Notes under the pieces: generated by a model
Told to the model about the DNA's origin: nothing
What the model saw: the letters and a program-made list of their open reading frames with translations, nothing else
Database searches by the model: none
IMG/VR virus record: IMGVR_UViG_3300021368_000005
Location: 1-64,000 of that record
Reading direction: 5' to 3' (one strand)
Source: a virus
Length of the DNA stretch: 64,000 nt
Program-made: the position numbers and the translations under genes
Shown here: positions 28,979 to 39,237 of the stretch, one piece after another
How positions within the stretch are numbered: position 1 is the stretch's first letter
Layout: every line of letters starts with the position of its first letter

Positions 28979-31014
28979 TAGATAACCCTCCCTTTTATAT
29001 CTTTACCAGGATACTTTAACTCAAATACCGATGGGTCTAAAGATGGATAAACCATCTTACCTTTAGTTGCATTACTAATATTGTATTTGTGTTTAGAGTA
29101 AACTCCTCCACATTTATTAACTATTTCACACTTTGGTACAGATAACACACCCTCTACTCCTGCAATTATTAATTCCAATTCAGAAATATTAATTGGTTGA
29201 TTAAATGCCCAATCATCAATATTAAAATATTTTTCTATTTCGGTTATACATTTTAACATTACTTCTCTTTTATTATAAGAGTTGTAAACCATTATCTCAA
29301 AGTCAACACCAATATTTATTACAAATCCATCTAATAAATTTATACCATCTGTTAATAATCTAAACTCTGATAAATATGTTTTAACATTTTCTTTAACTGC
29401 TTTATTTAATGAAGTTAAGTTTTTACTTGAGTTATAACCAAGTAAATATAAGTTTATAGCAAAAGGATTGTTTTTTTCTTCTTGACCAGATTTTCCAACT
29501 AAGAATCTCTGTAATTCTGTTTTTATCTCTTGTTCTGTTTTTTTATCTCCACTATTTAGTTTTTGAACCAATCCAGCAAATTCTTCAAGAGAATCAGGAT
29601 TATTCAATATAGAACTAGGTGAATTATTATCTAACTCTCCATCTGGTGCACAATAAGCTTTTGCAACTCCACCAAACTTAGGAGGAAGTGCCAATGCTCT
29701 TACTTGATAATCTTTTCTTGTTACTGCTCTATTTTGTGAACCAAAGTGTGCAAGTGCATTTTCTCTAATCTCATCAATAGTTTCTGCACCTCTACCACCA
29801 CTAGCAGGAATTTCATTTTCAGCTGCTATCGAGTTTTTAACAGTTCCATACATTTGTAGTTCATCATCATCAAACAAACTTAAATCTTCATCAAACTCCA
29901 TCTTAGTAATTCTTTTTATAGATGCTTTTGATACATTTGATTCAACACCACCACCAACTAAATATCTAATAGATAATGTGGTATTTGATGGAGCCTGTCC
30001 ATATGATTTAGATTTCAAGAAATTTGCTGGGTCAAATGATGCTCCTAACCTATCAATAGAATTATTTAATCCTAATCCTACATTCTTAAAGTTTGGTAAA
30101 AAAGTTTCATCAGATGAAGTTGAGTTACCCGCTCCAAATACAATACTTGTTGTATTATTTGGGTTTACTTGTCTAACAAATCTACGAGATGTTTTAGTTA
30201 CTCTTAATATACTAGGTACTGAATCCTTAAACTGTGCCAAATCTCCATCAAATTGAGATGTGTTTGGATAATCAGTATAAACCATTTCTTGAGCAAGGTA
30301 AGGAACTTCGTACCATTTATTTCCATTTGAATCTCTCACATCATATATTTGGATAATATTAGTATCAGCCAAATCTATTTTATCAAATTGTTTAGGTGAA
30401 CCAAATTCTATATTAACCTCTTTTTCTTCTGCTGAAATTGCATTAACATACTTTCTTATTAAGTAAAAAGTTGGTTCTTGTAATTCATTTCTTTCGTAAA
30501 CAGAAACTTCTCTTTCAAACTCATCATTAAAATCAACAAGTTCTGTTGTTCTAAATATAACTCCTGTGTCGGATGTAAGTTCCATTCCTTCTTTTATTCT
30601 AAGTAAATAACCCTCATCCATTTCGAACCTATTATCACCTTCGTATAAGTTTCCACTTGCTCTCCTTTTACTTGGAGTAAGTTGGTAAACAGCAACTTTT
30701 GTTAATGCAGGTGAAGTAACTTTTGGTTTATATCCTAAAAAGTTTGCAAGAGCAACAACATTATCTTTATCCTCCGCAGTATGTATCATTGATTCTTTTA
30801 ATGTATCATCGATATAATATCCAAGAACATCTCCTAAATAAGATGCCATTTCTATGAACATCATACCTGGTGATGATTCATTAAAATCAGAATATGTTGT
30901 AGGGAAATAAGTTTTAGCGTATTCAATTAAGTTATTTCTGAACTCACCAAAATCTTTATTAAGATACTGAATGTTCTTTCCTAAGTTTTTTCTATTTGTA
31001 CTGTTTAATGCCAT
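28978..31014 (-). CDS. Baseplate wedge subunit (T4 gp6/P2 gpJ-like)
   Basis: YLNKDF, DFNESSPGMMFIE, YLVGGGVESN, GGRGAETIDEIR, QNRAVTRKDY. Confidence 0.9.
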   Translation of the reverse strand: MALNSTNRKNLGKNIQYLNKDFGEFRNNLIEYAKTYFPTTYSDFNESSPGMMFIEMASYLGDVLGYYIDDTLKESMIHTAEDKDNVVALANFLGYKPKVTSPALTKVAVYQLTPSKRRASGNLYEGDNRFEMDEGYLLRIKEGMELTSDTGVIFRTTELVDFNDEFEREVSVYERNELQEPTFYLIRKYVNAISAEEKEVNIEFGSPKQFDKIDLADTNIIQIYDVRDSNGNKWYEVPYLAQEMVYTDYPNTSQFDGDLAQFKDSVPSILRVTKTSRRFVRQVNPNNTTSIVFGAGNSTSSDETFLPNFKNVGLGLNNSIDRLGASFDPANFLKSKSYGQAPSNTTLSIRYLVGGGVESNVSKASIKRITKMEFDEDLSLFDDDELQMYGTVKNSIAAENEIPASGGRGAETIDEIRENALAHFGSQNRAVTRKDYQVRALALPPKFGGVAKAYCAPDGELDNNSPSSILNNPDSLEEFAGLVQKLNSGDKKTEQEIKTELQRFLVGKSGQEEKNNPFAINLYLLGYNSSKNLTSLNKAVKENVKTYLSEFRLLTDGINLLDGFVINIGVDFEIMVYNSYNKREVMLKCITEIEKYFNIDDWAFNQPINISELELIIAGVEGVLSVPKCEIVNKCGGVYSKHKYNISNATKGKMVYPSLDPSVFELKYPGKDIKGRVI

Positions 31015-31018
31015 AATC

Positions 31019-31450
31019 CTATTCCGCTATTTCTAATGAGACTTGATTAGTATCTATTGAATCACCAACTCTAAAAGTTAGATTTAATGTTGCTCGGTGT
31101 CTATCTTTCATCTCATCAGTCATATCTATTTCTATTTCTTCAATCGTAACATAAGGTAACCAATAACTTACAGAGTTTGTTATTTCTTTTTGAACTGATG
31201 TTTCAAATTCAGTTGTCATTGGTTCAAACAACAATTCATGTAAACCAGTACCAAATTCTGGTTGCATGATTCGTTCACCTTTTCTAGTTTGTAGAAGATT
31301 TCTAATGTTAGCCGAAGCCGCATCTACCAAGTTAAACGTTGACTTAAAAAGATTTGCACCTAACCTAACAGGATAATCTAAACCATAAGCATGATTATCA
31401 AAATCAGAATCAGTATCCTTTACAATACGTTTTGGTAAAACATATGACAT
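31019..31450 (-). CDS. Baseplate wedge subunit (T4 gp25/P2 gpW-like)
   Basis: NLLQTRKGERIMQPEFGTGLHELLFEP...WLPYV. Confidence 0.92.
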   Translation of the reverse strand: MSYVLPKRIVKDTDSDFDNHAYGLDYPVRLGANLFKSTFNLVDAASANIRNLLQTRKGERIMQPEFGTGLHELLFEPMTTEFETSVQKEITNSVSYWLPYVTIEEIEIDMTDEMKDRHRATLNLTFRVGDSIDTNQVSLEIAE

Positions 31451-31463
31451 TATTTATCTCCAA

Positions 31464-32057
31464 TTACTTCTTAAACTTTTTTACAAGTGCCGAATTATCT
31501 CTGTTTAGAATTCTATCTAATCCAGCTAATCCAGTCGATACACCCAATCCACCTTTTCTACTTCCTTGAGATGGCATATCACCATATCCCATTTTAGCAG
31601 CCATTGAATGTTGCAAGTTCGGTGGTACACCTCCTCCCATAGCAACATCTGTTGAATCAAATGAAACCGTCTTATCCATTCCTTCATTTACTGTTTGTTG
31701 TGGCAAATTATCTAATACAGATTTTGCTGACGCTCCTCCAGCTTTTTGTTCTTTGGTAAACGGTTTTGTGTTATTCAATACCTCATTTATTTTTTCATTT
31801 CTTGTGAAACGTTTTTGAGGTTGTTTCGCTCTTTCTTGTTTTAGAACCTCATCTACTTTTGTAAATGGGTCTATATCTTCTGATATAGTTGATAAAGATA
31901 AATTTTCCCCACCACCTATACTATTTATTCTACGAGAAACTTCTTCCTCTAATATTTTAGGAAAAGTTTTCGTTAGAAAAGCCTCGTGCTTTTTAGCAAC
32001 TTCAGCTTCTACTATTGTTTTTATTACTTTTACTAGTTTTTTTGAATCCATTGTCAA
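31464..32057 (-). CDS. Late hypothetical protein
   Basis: ORF with late motif at 32077-32085; likely start is the ATG at 32051. Confidence 0.65.
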   Translation of the reverse strand: MTMDSKKLVKVIKTIVEAEVAKKHEAFLTKTFPKILEEEVSRRINSIGGGENLSLSTISEDIDPFTKVDEVLKQERAKQPQKRFTRNEKINEVLNNTKPFTKEQKAGGASAKSVLDNLPQQTVNEGMDKTVSFDSTDVAMGGGVPPNLQHSMAAKMGYGDMPSQGSRKGGLGVSTGLAGLDRILNRDNSALVKKFKK

Positions 32058-32107
32058 TTGTTTTCATTTATCTTAATATAAATATATTAATTTAGTTTTT
32101 ATAGATT

Positions 32108-33121
32108 TTAAGTACAATCATTACAACATAACTTTCTTTCTTTTTCCAATTCTTTTTGTAATTGAAATAAATTTTTAGCAAATTGTTCGTTTTTATCTGG
32201 TTGTACAGCCGCAATACTTCCTACCGCTTTTATAGCTTCTGAATAGAATCTATCCATTCCTAATTGGTCTTTTTTAATCTCCGCATCTAAAACCATTTCG
32301 GCTTTTTCAATTACACCATCAGCATCTTGTAATTTTTCTTTTAATTCATCATCAACAGAATCTGCTGGGAAAGATGTATTTAATCCCAATCTATCAGCTT
32401 CTTTTTCAGTTTCAGTTTTTAGATTTCCTACTCTATTTGTATTTCGTATATCAAACTCTGCTGAACCATTATCTAGTGGTCCTGATTGGTTGTTACTTGT
32501 GTTTGGTGCATCAGTTGAACTATTTTGATTTTTAGTTATACCAAACATAGGAATATCAGGAATATTATAAGCTGTCCAATTAACTACACCAGGTGCAGGT
32601 ATTGGTGATGGTGCCGATGGATACAAAGAAGTTGTCATAAACATTCCTTGAACAGTAAATAAATGTATTTTAGCAAACATTGTAAATGCACTTAAAAATG
32701 TAAGACAAGAAGCTGTAGGTATTTCAAATGGAACACTAGGCCATGTACCAGGATTTGTAACCATTCCAGATTGCATAAAAAGATTTTGTATTGAACCAGG
32801 TGCTGGTATTGGATAAGTTGGAAATGGTACAAGGGTTGCACCAGTCCAATAACCTTTAACAGCATTTCCTATATCTTTTATAAATGCATGACCAGATGGT
32901 GTTGTTGCCGCTAAAGCTGACATTTGTGATACGTTCATTAAGGATGTCATTAAAGGAATGTTACCTGCCATAATTGGTTCTTTACCAATCATAACACCAC
33001 CCCTTCTCATACATGAATCATATTCAGTAACAAACTTAACACCAAACTGTTGAGGTGTGTTTATCGCTATTGGATTGTTCATGTACAATAGCATATTTAC
33101 TTTGAACAAAGTCCACGACAT
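32108..33121 (-). CDS. Hypothetical virion/baseplate-associated protein
   Basis: Lies between gp5-like and gp25-like genes; Pro/Gly-rich N-terminal half. Confidence 0.55.
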   Translation of the reverse strand: MSWTLFKVNMLLYMNNPIAINTPQQFGVKFVTEYDSCMRRGGVMIGKEPIMAGNIPLMTSLMNVSQMSALAATTPSGHAFIKDIGNAVKGYWTGATLVPFPTYPIPAPGSIQNLFMQSGMVTNPGTWPSVPFEIPTASCLTFLSAFTMFAKIHLFTVQGMFMTTSLYPSAPSPIPAPGVVNWTAYNIPDIPMFGITKNQNSSTDAPNTSNNQSGPLDNGSAEFDIRNTNRVGNLKTETEKEADRLGLNTSFPADSVDDELKEKLQDADGVIEKAEMVLDAEIKKDQLGMDRFYSEAIKAVGSIAAVQPDKNEQFAKNLFQLQKELEKERKLCCNDCT

Positions 33122-33124
33122 AAT

Positions 33125-34390
33125 TTACTCCGTAAAGTTTTTAGTTGATTTCGCATCTTTCAATTGAGATTTGATACGATTAAATACTGGTTTATTAATT
33201 GGTCCTGGTGATGTTGGTCCAGCTGGTGTTTTGAATACTTGTTGATTTATTGCATCTATAAGTTGTTCCAACAAATCAACTAACTTAGCACCTCTAATCA
33301 AAGGTTCTTTTTGTCCTGTTCCACCATTACCACTATCATCTGTATTCAGTCTTATTTGACCATCACCAGTTCCTAAGAAAAATGTACTGTTATTTCTATC
33401 AAGTGTTATGTTAACATTTCCACCAAAATCTAAATCGGCACCAGCCTCCCCATTATCAATCTTAAATGTACCATCTGAAATAAATCCATAATCTCCCTTA
33501 GAGAAAAATAACATTTCTGCGGCTTTTGATGAAATTAAAACTCTTTCTGAGTTTATTAGTATTTGGTCATTACCTTCATAATCGGGTAGTTCATGTTTTA
33601 TGGGATTTGTTTGAAAGTTAGAATTACCCTTTTCATCAACAGTACCAGGTTGAAATGGGATTCTATATTTATCACCTCCCATTAGAATGATAGAACCATC
33701 CTTATTTATATCTTCTTCAGTTACATCATTAACCTCTAAATCATTAATAGATGCATCGTTTTGTCTATTACGAATGATTATAGTTGGTGAAAATAAATTT
33801 TCACTATTATTATATCCACTAAATCTAATTGATTGGCCAAACCTAGATTGTATTATTCTATCTCCTTCATACAATCTTAACTTATGTACATTTTCTGGTG
33901 AAAAGTATTCTCCTAATTCAGATTCTCTTTCAGAACTATTAGAAGTTGCAGTACCAGTTTGAGATGTTTCTGAGTATGAGTTACCTGCTCCACCTGAATC
34001 TGCTTTTTCTGATAGTTTTTCTTCTGCATTAATTCTAGCGTTTCCAATATTAATATTAACACTTGGAATTCTTTTATAGTAAGTTGTTCCAGCTACCTCT
34101 ACTAATTGAACCGTTTCTCCTACAAGTGGAACACCTTCATCTGGTACTAGTGGTAAAAATAAAGGAAGGGCTTTTTTGTTTACAGAAAAATCACTAGCCT
34201 TTCGGATTCTTGCCGAACCAATATAAGCATCTACTAATTTAGTATTAGATTCTCCTTGAGATGATTCTATAATATTTTCATCATCTTCATTTAATATTAT
34301 ATGCTCAACAATACCAACATCAACACTTTTACCTGCAATGCTAAAACTAGATGCTCCTTGATATTGTTGTGATATTGTTTTTCTACCCAT
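33125..34390 (-). CDS. Baseplate hub/central spike protein (gp5/gpV-like)
   Basis: OB-fold-like VPLVGETV; EGDRIIQSRFGQSIRFS; QILINSERVLISSK beta-repeats; C-terminal EPLIRG...TPAGPT typical of spike proteins. Confidence 0.68.
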   Translation of the reverse strand: MGRKTISQQYQGASSFSIAGKSVDVGIVEHIILNEDDENIIESSQGESNTKLVDAYIGSARIRKASDFSVNKKALPLFLPLVPDEGVPLVGETVQLVEVAGTTYYKRIPSVNINIGNARINAEEKLSEKADSGGAGNSYSETSQTGTATSNSSERESELGEYFSPENVHKLRLYEGDRIIQSRFGQSIRFSGYNNSENLFSPTIIIRNRQNDASINDLEVNDVTEEDINKDGSIILMGGDKYRIPFQPGTVDEKGNSNFQTNPIKHELPDYEGNDQILINSERVLISSKAAEMLFFSKGDYGFISDGTFKIDNGEAGADLDFGGNVNITLDRNNSTFFLGTGDGQIRLNTDDSGNGGTGQKEPLIRGAKLVDLLEQLIDAINQQVFKTPAGPTSPGPINKPVFNRIKSQLKDAKSTKNFTE

Positions 34391-34800
34391 TACTTACCTA
34401 CCTTTTGTTTGAGTTCCTCTATCTCATTTGTAAGTTCATCAACCTTGTGGTCTTGTTCATCAACTACTTCTTTTGCAGTATCTTCTATTTCTTTTAGTAG
34501 TTGTTCTTTTTCATCATCTGTTAGGAATCCTGTATCACCTTCTACCTTATCTTTAGATGCAATTATTCGTTGTGCAATTGCTGCCATCTTAATTAGTGAT
34601 TCATCGTTTCTAACTGATGTATCAACCAAATCTTTTATGATTGGACCAATTACTGCCATATCACCAGCATGTCTAATTACCTTTTTCATTTCGGCAATCA
34701 GTTCTGATATTCTTTGTTTCTTGTTTTGTTGGTTATCATAGATATCCTTAAACAATCCACTTAAATTTTTACCAGGAAATAATTCAAAGTTTGTACTCAT
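34390..34800 (-). CDS. Late hypothetical helical protein
   Basis: First gene after the late motif at 34823-34831. Confidence 0.65.
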   Translation of the reverse strand: MSTNFELFPGKNLSGLFKDIYDNQQNKKQRISELIAEMKKVIRHAGDMAVIGPIIKDLVDTSVRNDESLIKMAAIAQRIIASKDKVEGDTGFLTDDEKEQLLKEIEDTAKEVVDEQDHKVDELTNEIEELKQKVGK

Positions 34801-34849
34801 GATTATACCATATTATCTTGTATATAAATATGGTAAATCAAAAAAGTGA

Positions 34850-34942
34850 CTATTTATCCATCCATTTGAAGAGTCTGTTCATAATAAACCAGAATGCAAT
34901 TAAGATTCCAATTACCTTAGATAACATGAATAAATTTTCCAT
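34850..34942 (-). CDS. 30-aa single-TM peptide
   Basis: Hand translation MENLFMLSKVIGILIAFWFIMNRLFKWMDK. Confidence 0.45.
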   Translation of the reverse strand: MENLFMLSKVIGILIAFWFIMNRLFKWMDK

Positions 34943-34956
34943 ATTGAGGGGTTAAT

Positions 34957-34983
34957 AAAAGACCCCACCGAAGTGAGGTCTTT
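34957..34983 (-). terminator. Intrinsic terminator with C(UUCG)G loop
   Basis: Sense AAAGACCTCACTTCGGTGGGGTCTTTT. Confidence 0.8.
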
Positions 34984-35005
34984 AATCAATTGATTTTAAT
35001 AATCC

Positions 35006-35239
35006 TTATTTTTTCTTAAGGATGTGGTATAGAATAAAGGCACCTACTAATCCAAGTAAACCTTCACTACTCAATCCGCCTAAAATACCCATAATGTTTT
35101 CCACTACCGAGTTTTCTGGCCAGAATGGTATCGCCATTCCTTTGAATAATACTTCAAGTACTACTCCAAGAGCGATGATACTTATACCAATTTCTGTTAG
35201 TGATTTGGCCCAATCGCCAATCTTATTTAGAAATTCCAT
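35006..35239 (-). CDS. Small two-TM membrane protein (holin-like topology, function unknown)
   Basis: MEFLNKIGDWAKSLTEIGISIIALGVVLEVLF...GLLGLVGAFILYHILKKK; AGGAG precedes the ATG at 35239. Confidence 0.65.
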   Translation of the reverse strand: MEFLNKIGDWAKSLTEIGISIIALGVVLEVLFKGMAIPFWPENSVVENIMGILGGLSSEGLLGLVGAFILYHILKKK

Positions 35240-35387
35240 ATAGTTCTCCTTTGCTTTAATTAAGAAAATAACTTTTCCATATTCCAAAACATCGGACTGT
35301 CCAAGTAATAACTATGTAAGCTTGATAAAAAAAATAGTGAATATATATTGAATCCTCAATTAGAAGTGTGTATTGATGAAATATATA

Positions 35388-35413
35388 TAAAAAAACCCCA
35401 CAGTAGTGGGGTT
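35388..35413 (-). terminator. Intrinsic terminator
   Basis: Sense AACCCCACTACTGTGGGGTTTTTTT. Confidence 0.8.
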
Positions 35414-35442
35414 GAAACGTTACTAATCACTTTGAATTACGA

Positions 35443-35820
35443 TTAGGGCATATAACTTGCCAGTTTGTTTTCTAAGAACTTAATACGAGCTTTCATTTGT
35501 TCGTACTCTATCTCTTCATAAGTATAACGAGATTGTCCTTTCGGTTTAATCCAAACTAACTTTCCTTTGTTATACAACGCTTTTGTTCCTACATCATCAC
35601 TCCAATAAGAATGAGTTAATAATTTACCATCTTCAGTTTTGATGTATGTTCCTTTTTGGTGTATAGAACCATCTTCGTTGAATGCTCTATACTCGTAAAG
35701 ATTGTTATCTATCTGTGTAATAACTTTGGATTCTTGTCCAAAGAGTGGAATGGTACACATAGAAAATAATAGGATTGCTATTATTTGAACAATCTTTACT
35801 TTGATTAATTGTTCATTCAT
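35443..35820 (-). CDS. Secreted protein with MORN/YwqK-like beta-hairpin repeats
   Basis: Signal peptide ending LFGQ; FNEDGSIHQKGTY...DGKL...YNKGKLV. Confidence 0.55.
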   Translation of the reverse strand: MNEQLIKVKIVQIIAILLFSMCTIPLFGQESKVITQIDNNLYEYRAFNEDGSIHQKGTYIKTEDGKLLTHSYWSDDVGTKALYNKGKLVWIKPKGQSRYTYEEIEYEQMKARIKFLENKLASYMP

Positions 35821-35848
35821 AATTCCTCCTTTAGTATAAATATACCAA

Positions 35849-35876
35849 TGTTAAGAAAATGTTACGGAATTGTTAA
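35849..35876 (-). promoter_or_regulatory. Pho-box-like triple direct repeat (11-bp period)
   Basis: Sense TTAACA-N5-GTAACA-N5-TTAACA, immediately upstream of the late motif at 35835. Confidence 0.55.
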
Positions 35877-35877
35877 A

Positions 35878-37584
35878 TTATAGTATCTTTTTTTTGATAA
35901 TGTAGTTGTGAATCACAAGAGTATCCATTTCACAATTTAAGAAGGTTTCTATTGCCGATTTGGGGTCTAATACCATTGTCTGGTCTTTTAGATTAAATGA
36001 AGTATTAATTACAATAGGATATCCATTATCAGTATTCAACTGTGTAAGTAACTTATATAATCGATTATGTTGTTTGTGTTGTAGTGATTGAATTCTAGCA
36101 GAACCATCTATGTGGGTTATAGCAGGAAGTTTATCTCTATACTCTTCTTTAACTTTAACAACTTGATTCATATATGGAACATCTTTAATATAATCAAAAT
36201 ATCTAGATTGTTCTTCTGATTTTACTATTGGAGCGAAAGGTCTAAACCCTTCTCTCTTTTTAATAATACTGTTCAGTTTATCTTTCATCTGAGGGTCACA
36301 TGGATTGGCAAGAATAGAACGATTGCCTAATGCTCTTGCACCAAATTCCATTTTACCTTCAAACCACCCCACTACATTTCCATTTGTAATTTCTTTAGAA
36401 ATGATAGGTATGATTTCAGAATGTGTTTTCTTCTCGAACCAAACATCAACATTCATTTCTTCTAATACATCTTCAACATCCGAGTTTAAGTAATGAGGTC
36501 CTAGGTATGGAGTTTTGTTGTCAGGTCTATGCTCTCCATTTCTAACATGATATAGATGTAACGCGGCTCCAATTGCAGAACCTGCATCAGATGGAGCTGG
36601 TGGAATCCAAATATTTCTAAAGTTTGATTTTTCTAACACTTTTCCATTAGCAGTTCCATTATAGGCACACCCACCACTTAAACATAAGTTATGAGATGAA
36701 CGAAGTGCATATAATCTATCCACCAATCTAAAGAATAAAAATTCATATTCTTGTTGTAAAGTTGCTGCCAAATCTTTATGTGGTTGATTTAGGTTATCTT
36801 CGGGTAATCTGTTAGGTATCCCAAATAATTTTCCTAGTTTTTCATTAAACATATGAGTATCCGACCAATCATATGTAAAATAATCCATATTAAATTCAAA
36901 CCCACCATCATCAGTAAGAGTATATAGTTTTTTGAATTTATGAGTAAACTTTTTTGGATTACCATAAGGAGCCAATCCCATAACTTTATATTCACCCTCG
37001 TTTGGTTTGAATCCTAAGAATGCAGTTATTGCTGAGTACAACATACCAAGTGAATGTGGGAATTTTATATGTTGTACTTTTGTGATTTTATTTGCCTCAC
37101 CATAATACATACAAGTAGTTTCCCACTCACCCACTCCATCTACTGTTAGTATGGATGCTTTATCAAAAGGTGATGTATAGAATGCATAAGCAGCATGAGA
37201 AAGATGGTGGTCTCCATAAAATATTTCAATATCTTTATGAGTTATATCTACAATTTGATTTTCAAATCTAGTGTACTTTAGTTTATTTCTTTTAACTATA
37301 TTAGTACGATTAAAAAATTGAGATATGGGCCCTCTCTTAACTGATTGTGTTATTCTATCTATTTTGGATTCAGGATTATCATAAAAAGCAACACCTTCAA
37401 TATTAATTCCCTTAATATTAAATTCTTTATACAACCAATTGATTGTATTAATAGGAAAAGATGAATCGTGTTTTACACCTGTGAATCGTTCTTCCTCACA
37501 AGCACCTAAAACCTTTCCATCTTTAATTAAAGCTGCGGCACTATCATGATACCCACATGATACTCCTAAAATATAACCTTGCAT
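35878..37584 (-). CDS. Carbamoyltransferase (NodU/CmcH/TobZ family)
   Basis: HDSAAAL...EEERF, HHLSHA, TVDGVGE, GEYKVMGLAPYG, EFGARALGNRSILA, KREGFRPFAP, INTSFN. Confidence 0.95.
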   Translation of the reverse strand: MQGYILGVSCGYHDSAAALIKDGKVLGACEEERFTGVKHDSSFPINTINWLYKEFNIKGINIEGVAFYDNPESKIDRITQSVKRGPISQFFNRTNIVKRNKLKYTRFENQIVDITHKDIEIFYGDHHLSHAAYAFYTSPFDKASILTVDGVGEWETTCMYYGEANKITKVQHIKFPHSLGMLYSAITAFLGFKPNEGEYKVMGLAPYGNPKKFTHKFKKLYTLTDDGGFEFNMDYFTYDWSDTHMFNEKLGKLFGIPNRLPEDNLNQPHKDLAATLQQEYEFLFFRLVDRLYALRSSHNLCLSGGCAYNGTANGKVLEKSNFRNIWIPPAPSDAGSAIGAALHLYHVRNGEHRPDNKTPYLGPHYLNSDVEDVLEEMNVDVWFEKKTHSEIIPIISKEITNGNVVGWFEGKMEFGARALGNRSILANPCDPQMKDKLNSIIKKREGFRPFAPIVKSEEQSRYFDYIKDVPYMNQVVKVKEEYRDKLPAITHIDGSARIQSLQHKQHNRLYKLLTQLNTDNGYPIVINTSFNLKDQTMVLDPKSAIETFLNCEMDTLVIHNYIIKKKIL

Positions 37585-37589
37585 TTATT

Positions 37590-38360
37590 TTATAAATATT
37601 CGTTATCTAAATAAGGATTTTCTTCTTCTACTTCTTTTTTAGGCTCCCAAAAAGAAGGTCTCCTTGGTTCTCTAAATTCACCATGTTCTAAATATTCATT
37701 TAGCATTTTTTTCTGATGTTTTTTCATTACGTTTACAACTTTTGTAATATAATGAGTTTTACAATCAGTCATTTCTCTTATAAGAAGATACAAATGCTTT
37801 TTATTAAAATTTTCAATGTGTTCACTTCTTCTAAATAATTCCAATACTGCATCTGCTATTTGTAAATCTCGTTTTTTTGTAAATACTGAATTTAAGTTTT
37901 CATCCCAATATCTTAACATTATATTCTTAAACTCTTTGAATTCATTATTTTCCTCTGATTCATAAAAATCATTTTCAGGATTCCATGTTGGTGGCATTTC
38001 TGAAAGAAGTGCGTTTTGTTTCCATCTTTTATAGTTACCATTGTTCTTTAGAATCAAGTGGTTTTTTGCAATAATAGTAAAGTAGGAAAAGGCCCTACCC
38101 TTACCTTCTTGGAACATATGAATTTTTTCTACCATAGTAGAAACTACTTCGGTTTGAATATCTTTTTTTGGTACATCAAAATAAGTAAACTTAAATGTAT
38201 TAATTACATTTTCTGCTAATTTTTCAAATGGATATTTAATTCTTTCTTCATATATTTTAGACCTTTCAGCGGGGTCTTTACTTTTATTGTATTCTATAAT
38301 TGCTTCTTGAGCAGGTGTTCCAAAATATATCTTGGATTTTTTTCTTCTAGGTCTAGGCAT
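37590..38360 (-). CDS. Putative phage sigma factor for late transcription (gp55-like region 2)
   Basis: Pattern YF...AIIEY...LAENVI...F...GKGRAFSYFTIIAKN resembles sigma region 2 / T4 gp55 (AFAYFTQI). Confidence 0.62.
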   Translation of the reverse strand: MPRPRRKKSKIYFGTPAQEAIIEYNKSKDPAERSKIYEERIKYPFEKLAENVINTFKFTYFDVPKKDIQTEVVSTMVEKIHMFQEGKGRAFSYFTIIAKNHLILKNNGNYKRWKQNALLSEMPPTWNPENDFYESEENNEFKEFKNIMLRYWDENLNSVFTKKRDLQIADAVLELFRRSEHIENFNKKHLYLLIREMTDCKTHYITKVVNVMKKHQKKMLNEYLEHGEFREPRRPSFWEPKKEVEEENPYLDNEYL

Positions 38361-38361
38361 A

Positions 38362-38640
38362 TTATTTTATATCGGTGTTTAGTTCATCAACAACCTTTTT
38401 TAATTCGTCAAAGGTAGCACCTACCTCATCATCTTTTTCAAAAGCTTGTTTATGGTCAAGTACTCTCATTCTATCCAATGATGCTTGTACTTTCTCCTGT
38501 ACGAACTTATTGTTTTCTACTAATGTATCTTCCAACTGTTCATTCTGTCTTAAAAGGTTTCTTACACCTATTAGTAAGACAATATTTAATATAACCGAAA
38601 TACCAATAATGATATTATAGGTTGTAAATAGTTCTATCAT
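38362..38640 (-). CDS. N-terminally membrane-anchored coiled-coil protein
   Basis: Hydrophobic residues ~9-27, then a coiled coil. Confidence 0.6.
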   Translation of the reverse strand: MIELFTTYNIIIGISVILNIVLLIGVRNLLRQNEQLEDTLVENNKFVQEKVQASLDRMRVLDHKQAFEKDDEVGATFDELKKVVDELNTDIK

Positions 38641-38641
38641 A

Positions 38642-39220
38642 TTATTTTATATTTAATTCGTAACCACTAAATTGAGTAAGGTACTTTGTTAACTTTGTAC
38701 CATTACCATCTGAGAAATCTTTCCCTTTCTTAAAGAATCTCTTAACATTACCAGGACCTGCCAAATGAGCAGCTGCCAATATTCCACTTTCAGTAATAGT
38801 TTCACCATTGATAGTTCTACCATCCCAATAAATTATATAATCTTTAAGAATTTTTTTATTATGAGAAAGTAAATCTAACATAGCCTGTTCCTGTAAATTT
38901 GGGTTATTTAAGAATTCTTTTTTAGATACTTTGTATCCGAGGTTTCTTAATGTTTTTCTACCAAACTGATATTTTCCCATGTAACCCCATTTGTTTACAA
39001 CATCATATCTGTTTGAAGATTCTCTCATTCCTATCGCATCAAGAAACATTTCTTGTTGGTCAATTTTGAGAGGTTCAACCTCAATTCTGATTACTGGCAT
39101 TTCAACTGGTTGTGTTGAAATAATAATCGGTTCTTCTTGTTTGAAAAAGAAATTATTTGCAAATCCTGTCGTTACTAGACAGGCTAAAATAATTCCTATC
39201 GATTTTTTTATCAAATTCAT
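38642..39220 (-). CDS. Lysozyme-fold peptidoglycan hydrolase/transglycosylase with signal sequence
   Basis: FLDAIGMRESSNRY...GYMGKYQFG...FLNNPNLQE...GILAAAHLAGPG. Confidence 0.75.
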   Translation of the reverse strand: MNLIKKSIGIILACLVTTGFANNFFFKQEEPIIISTQPVEMPVIRIEVEPLKIDQQEMFLDAIGMRESSNRYDVVNKWGYMGKYQFGRKTLRNLGYKVSKKEFLNNPNLQEQAMLDLLSHNKKILKDYIIYWDGRTINGETITESGILAAAHLAGPGNVKRFFKKGKDFSDGNGTKLTKYLTQFSGYELNIK

Positions 39221-39237
39221 ATGGTACTCCTTCTGAA

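Noticed and set aside
28978-34390. T6SS/eCIS or tailocin interpretation of the gp25/gp6/gp5-like genes
   Set aside because: The surrounding primase, SbcCD, thyA, tRNAs and early-gene cassettes indicate a replicating phage genome.
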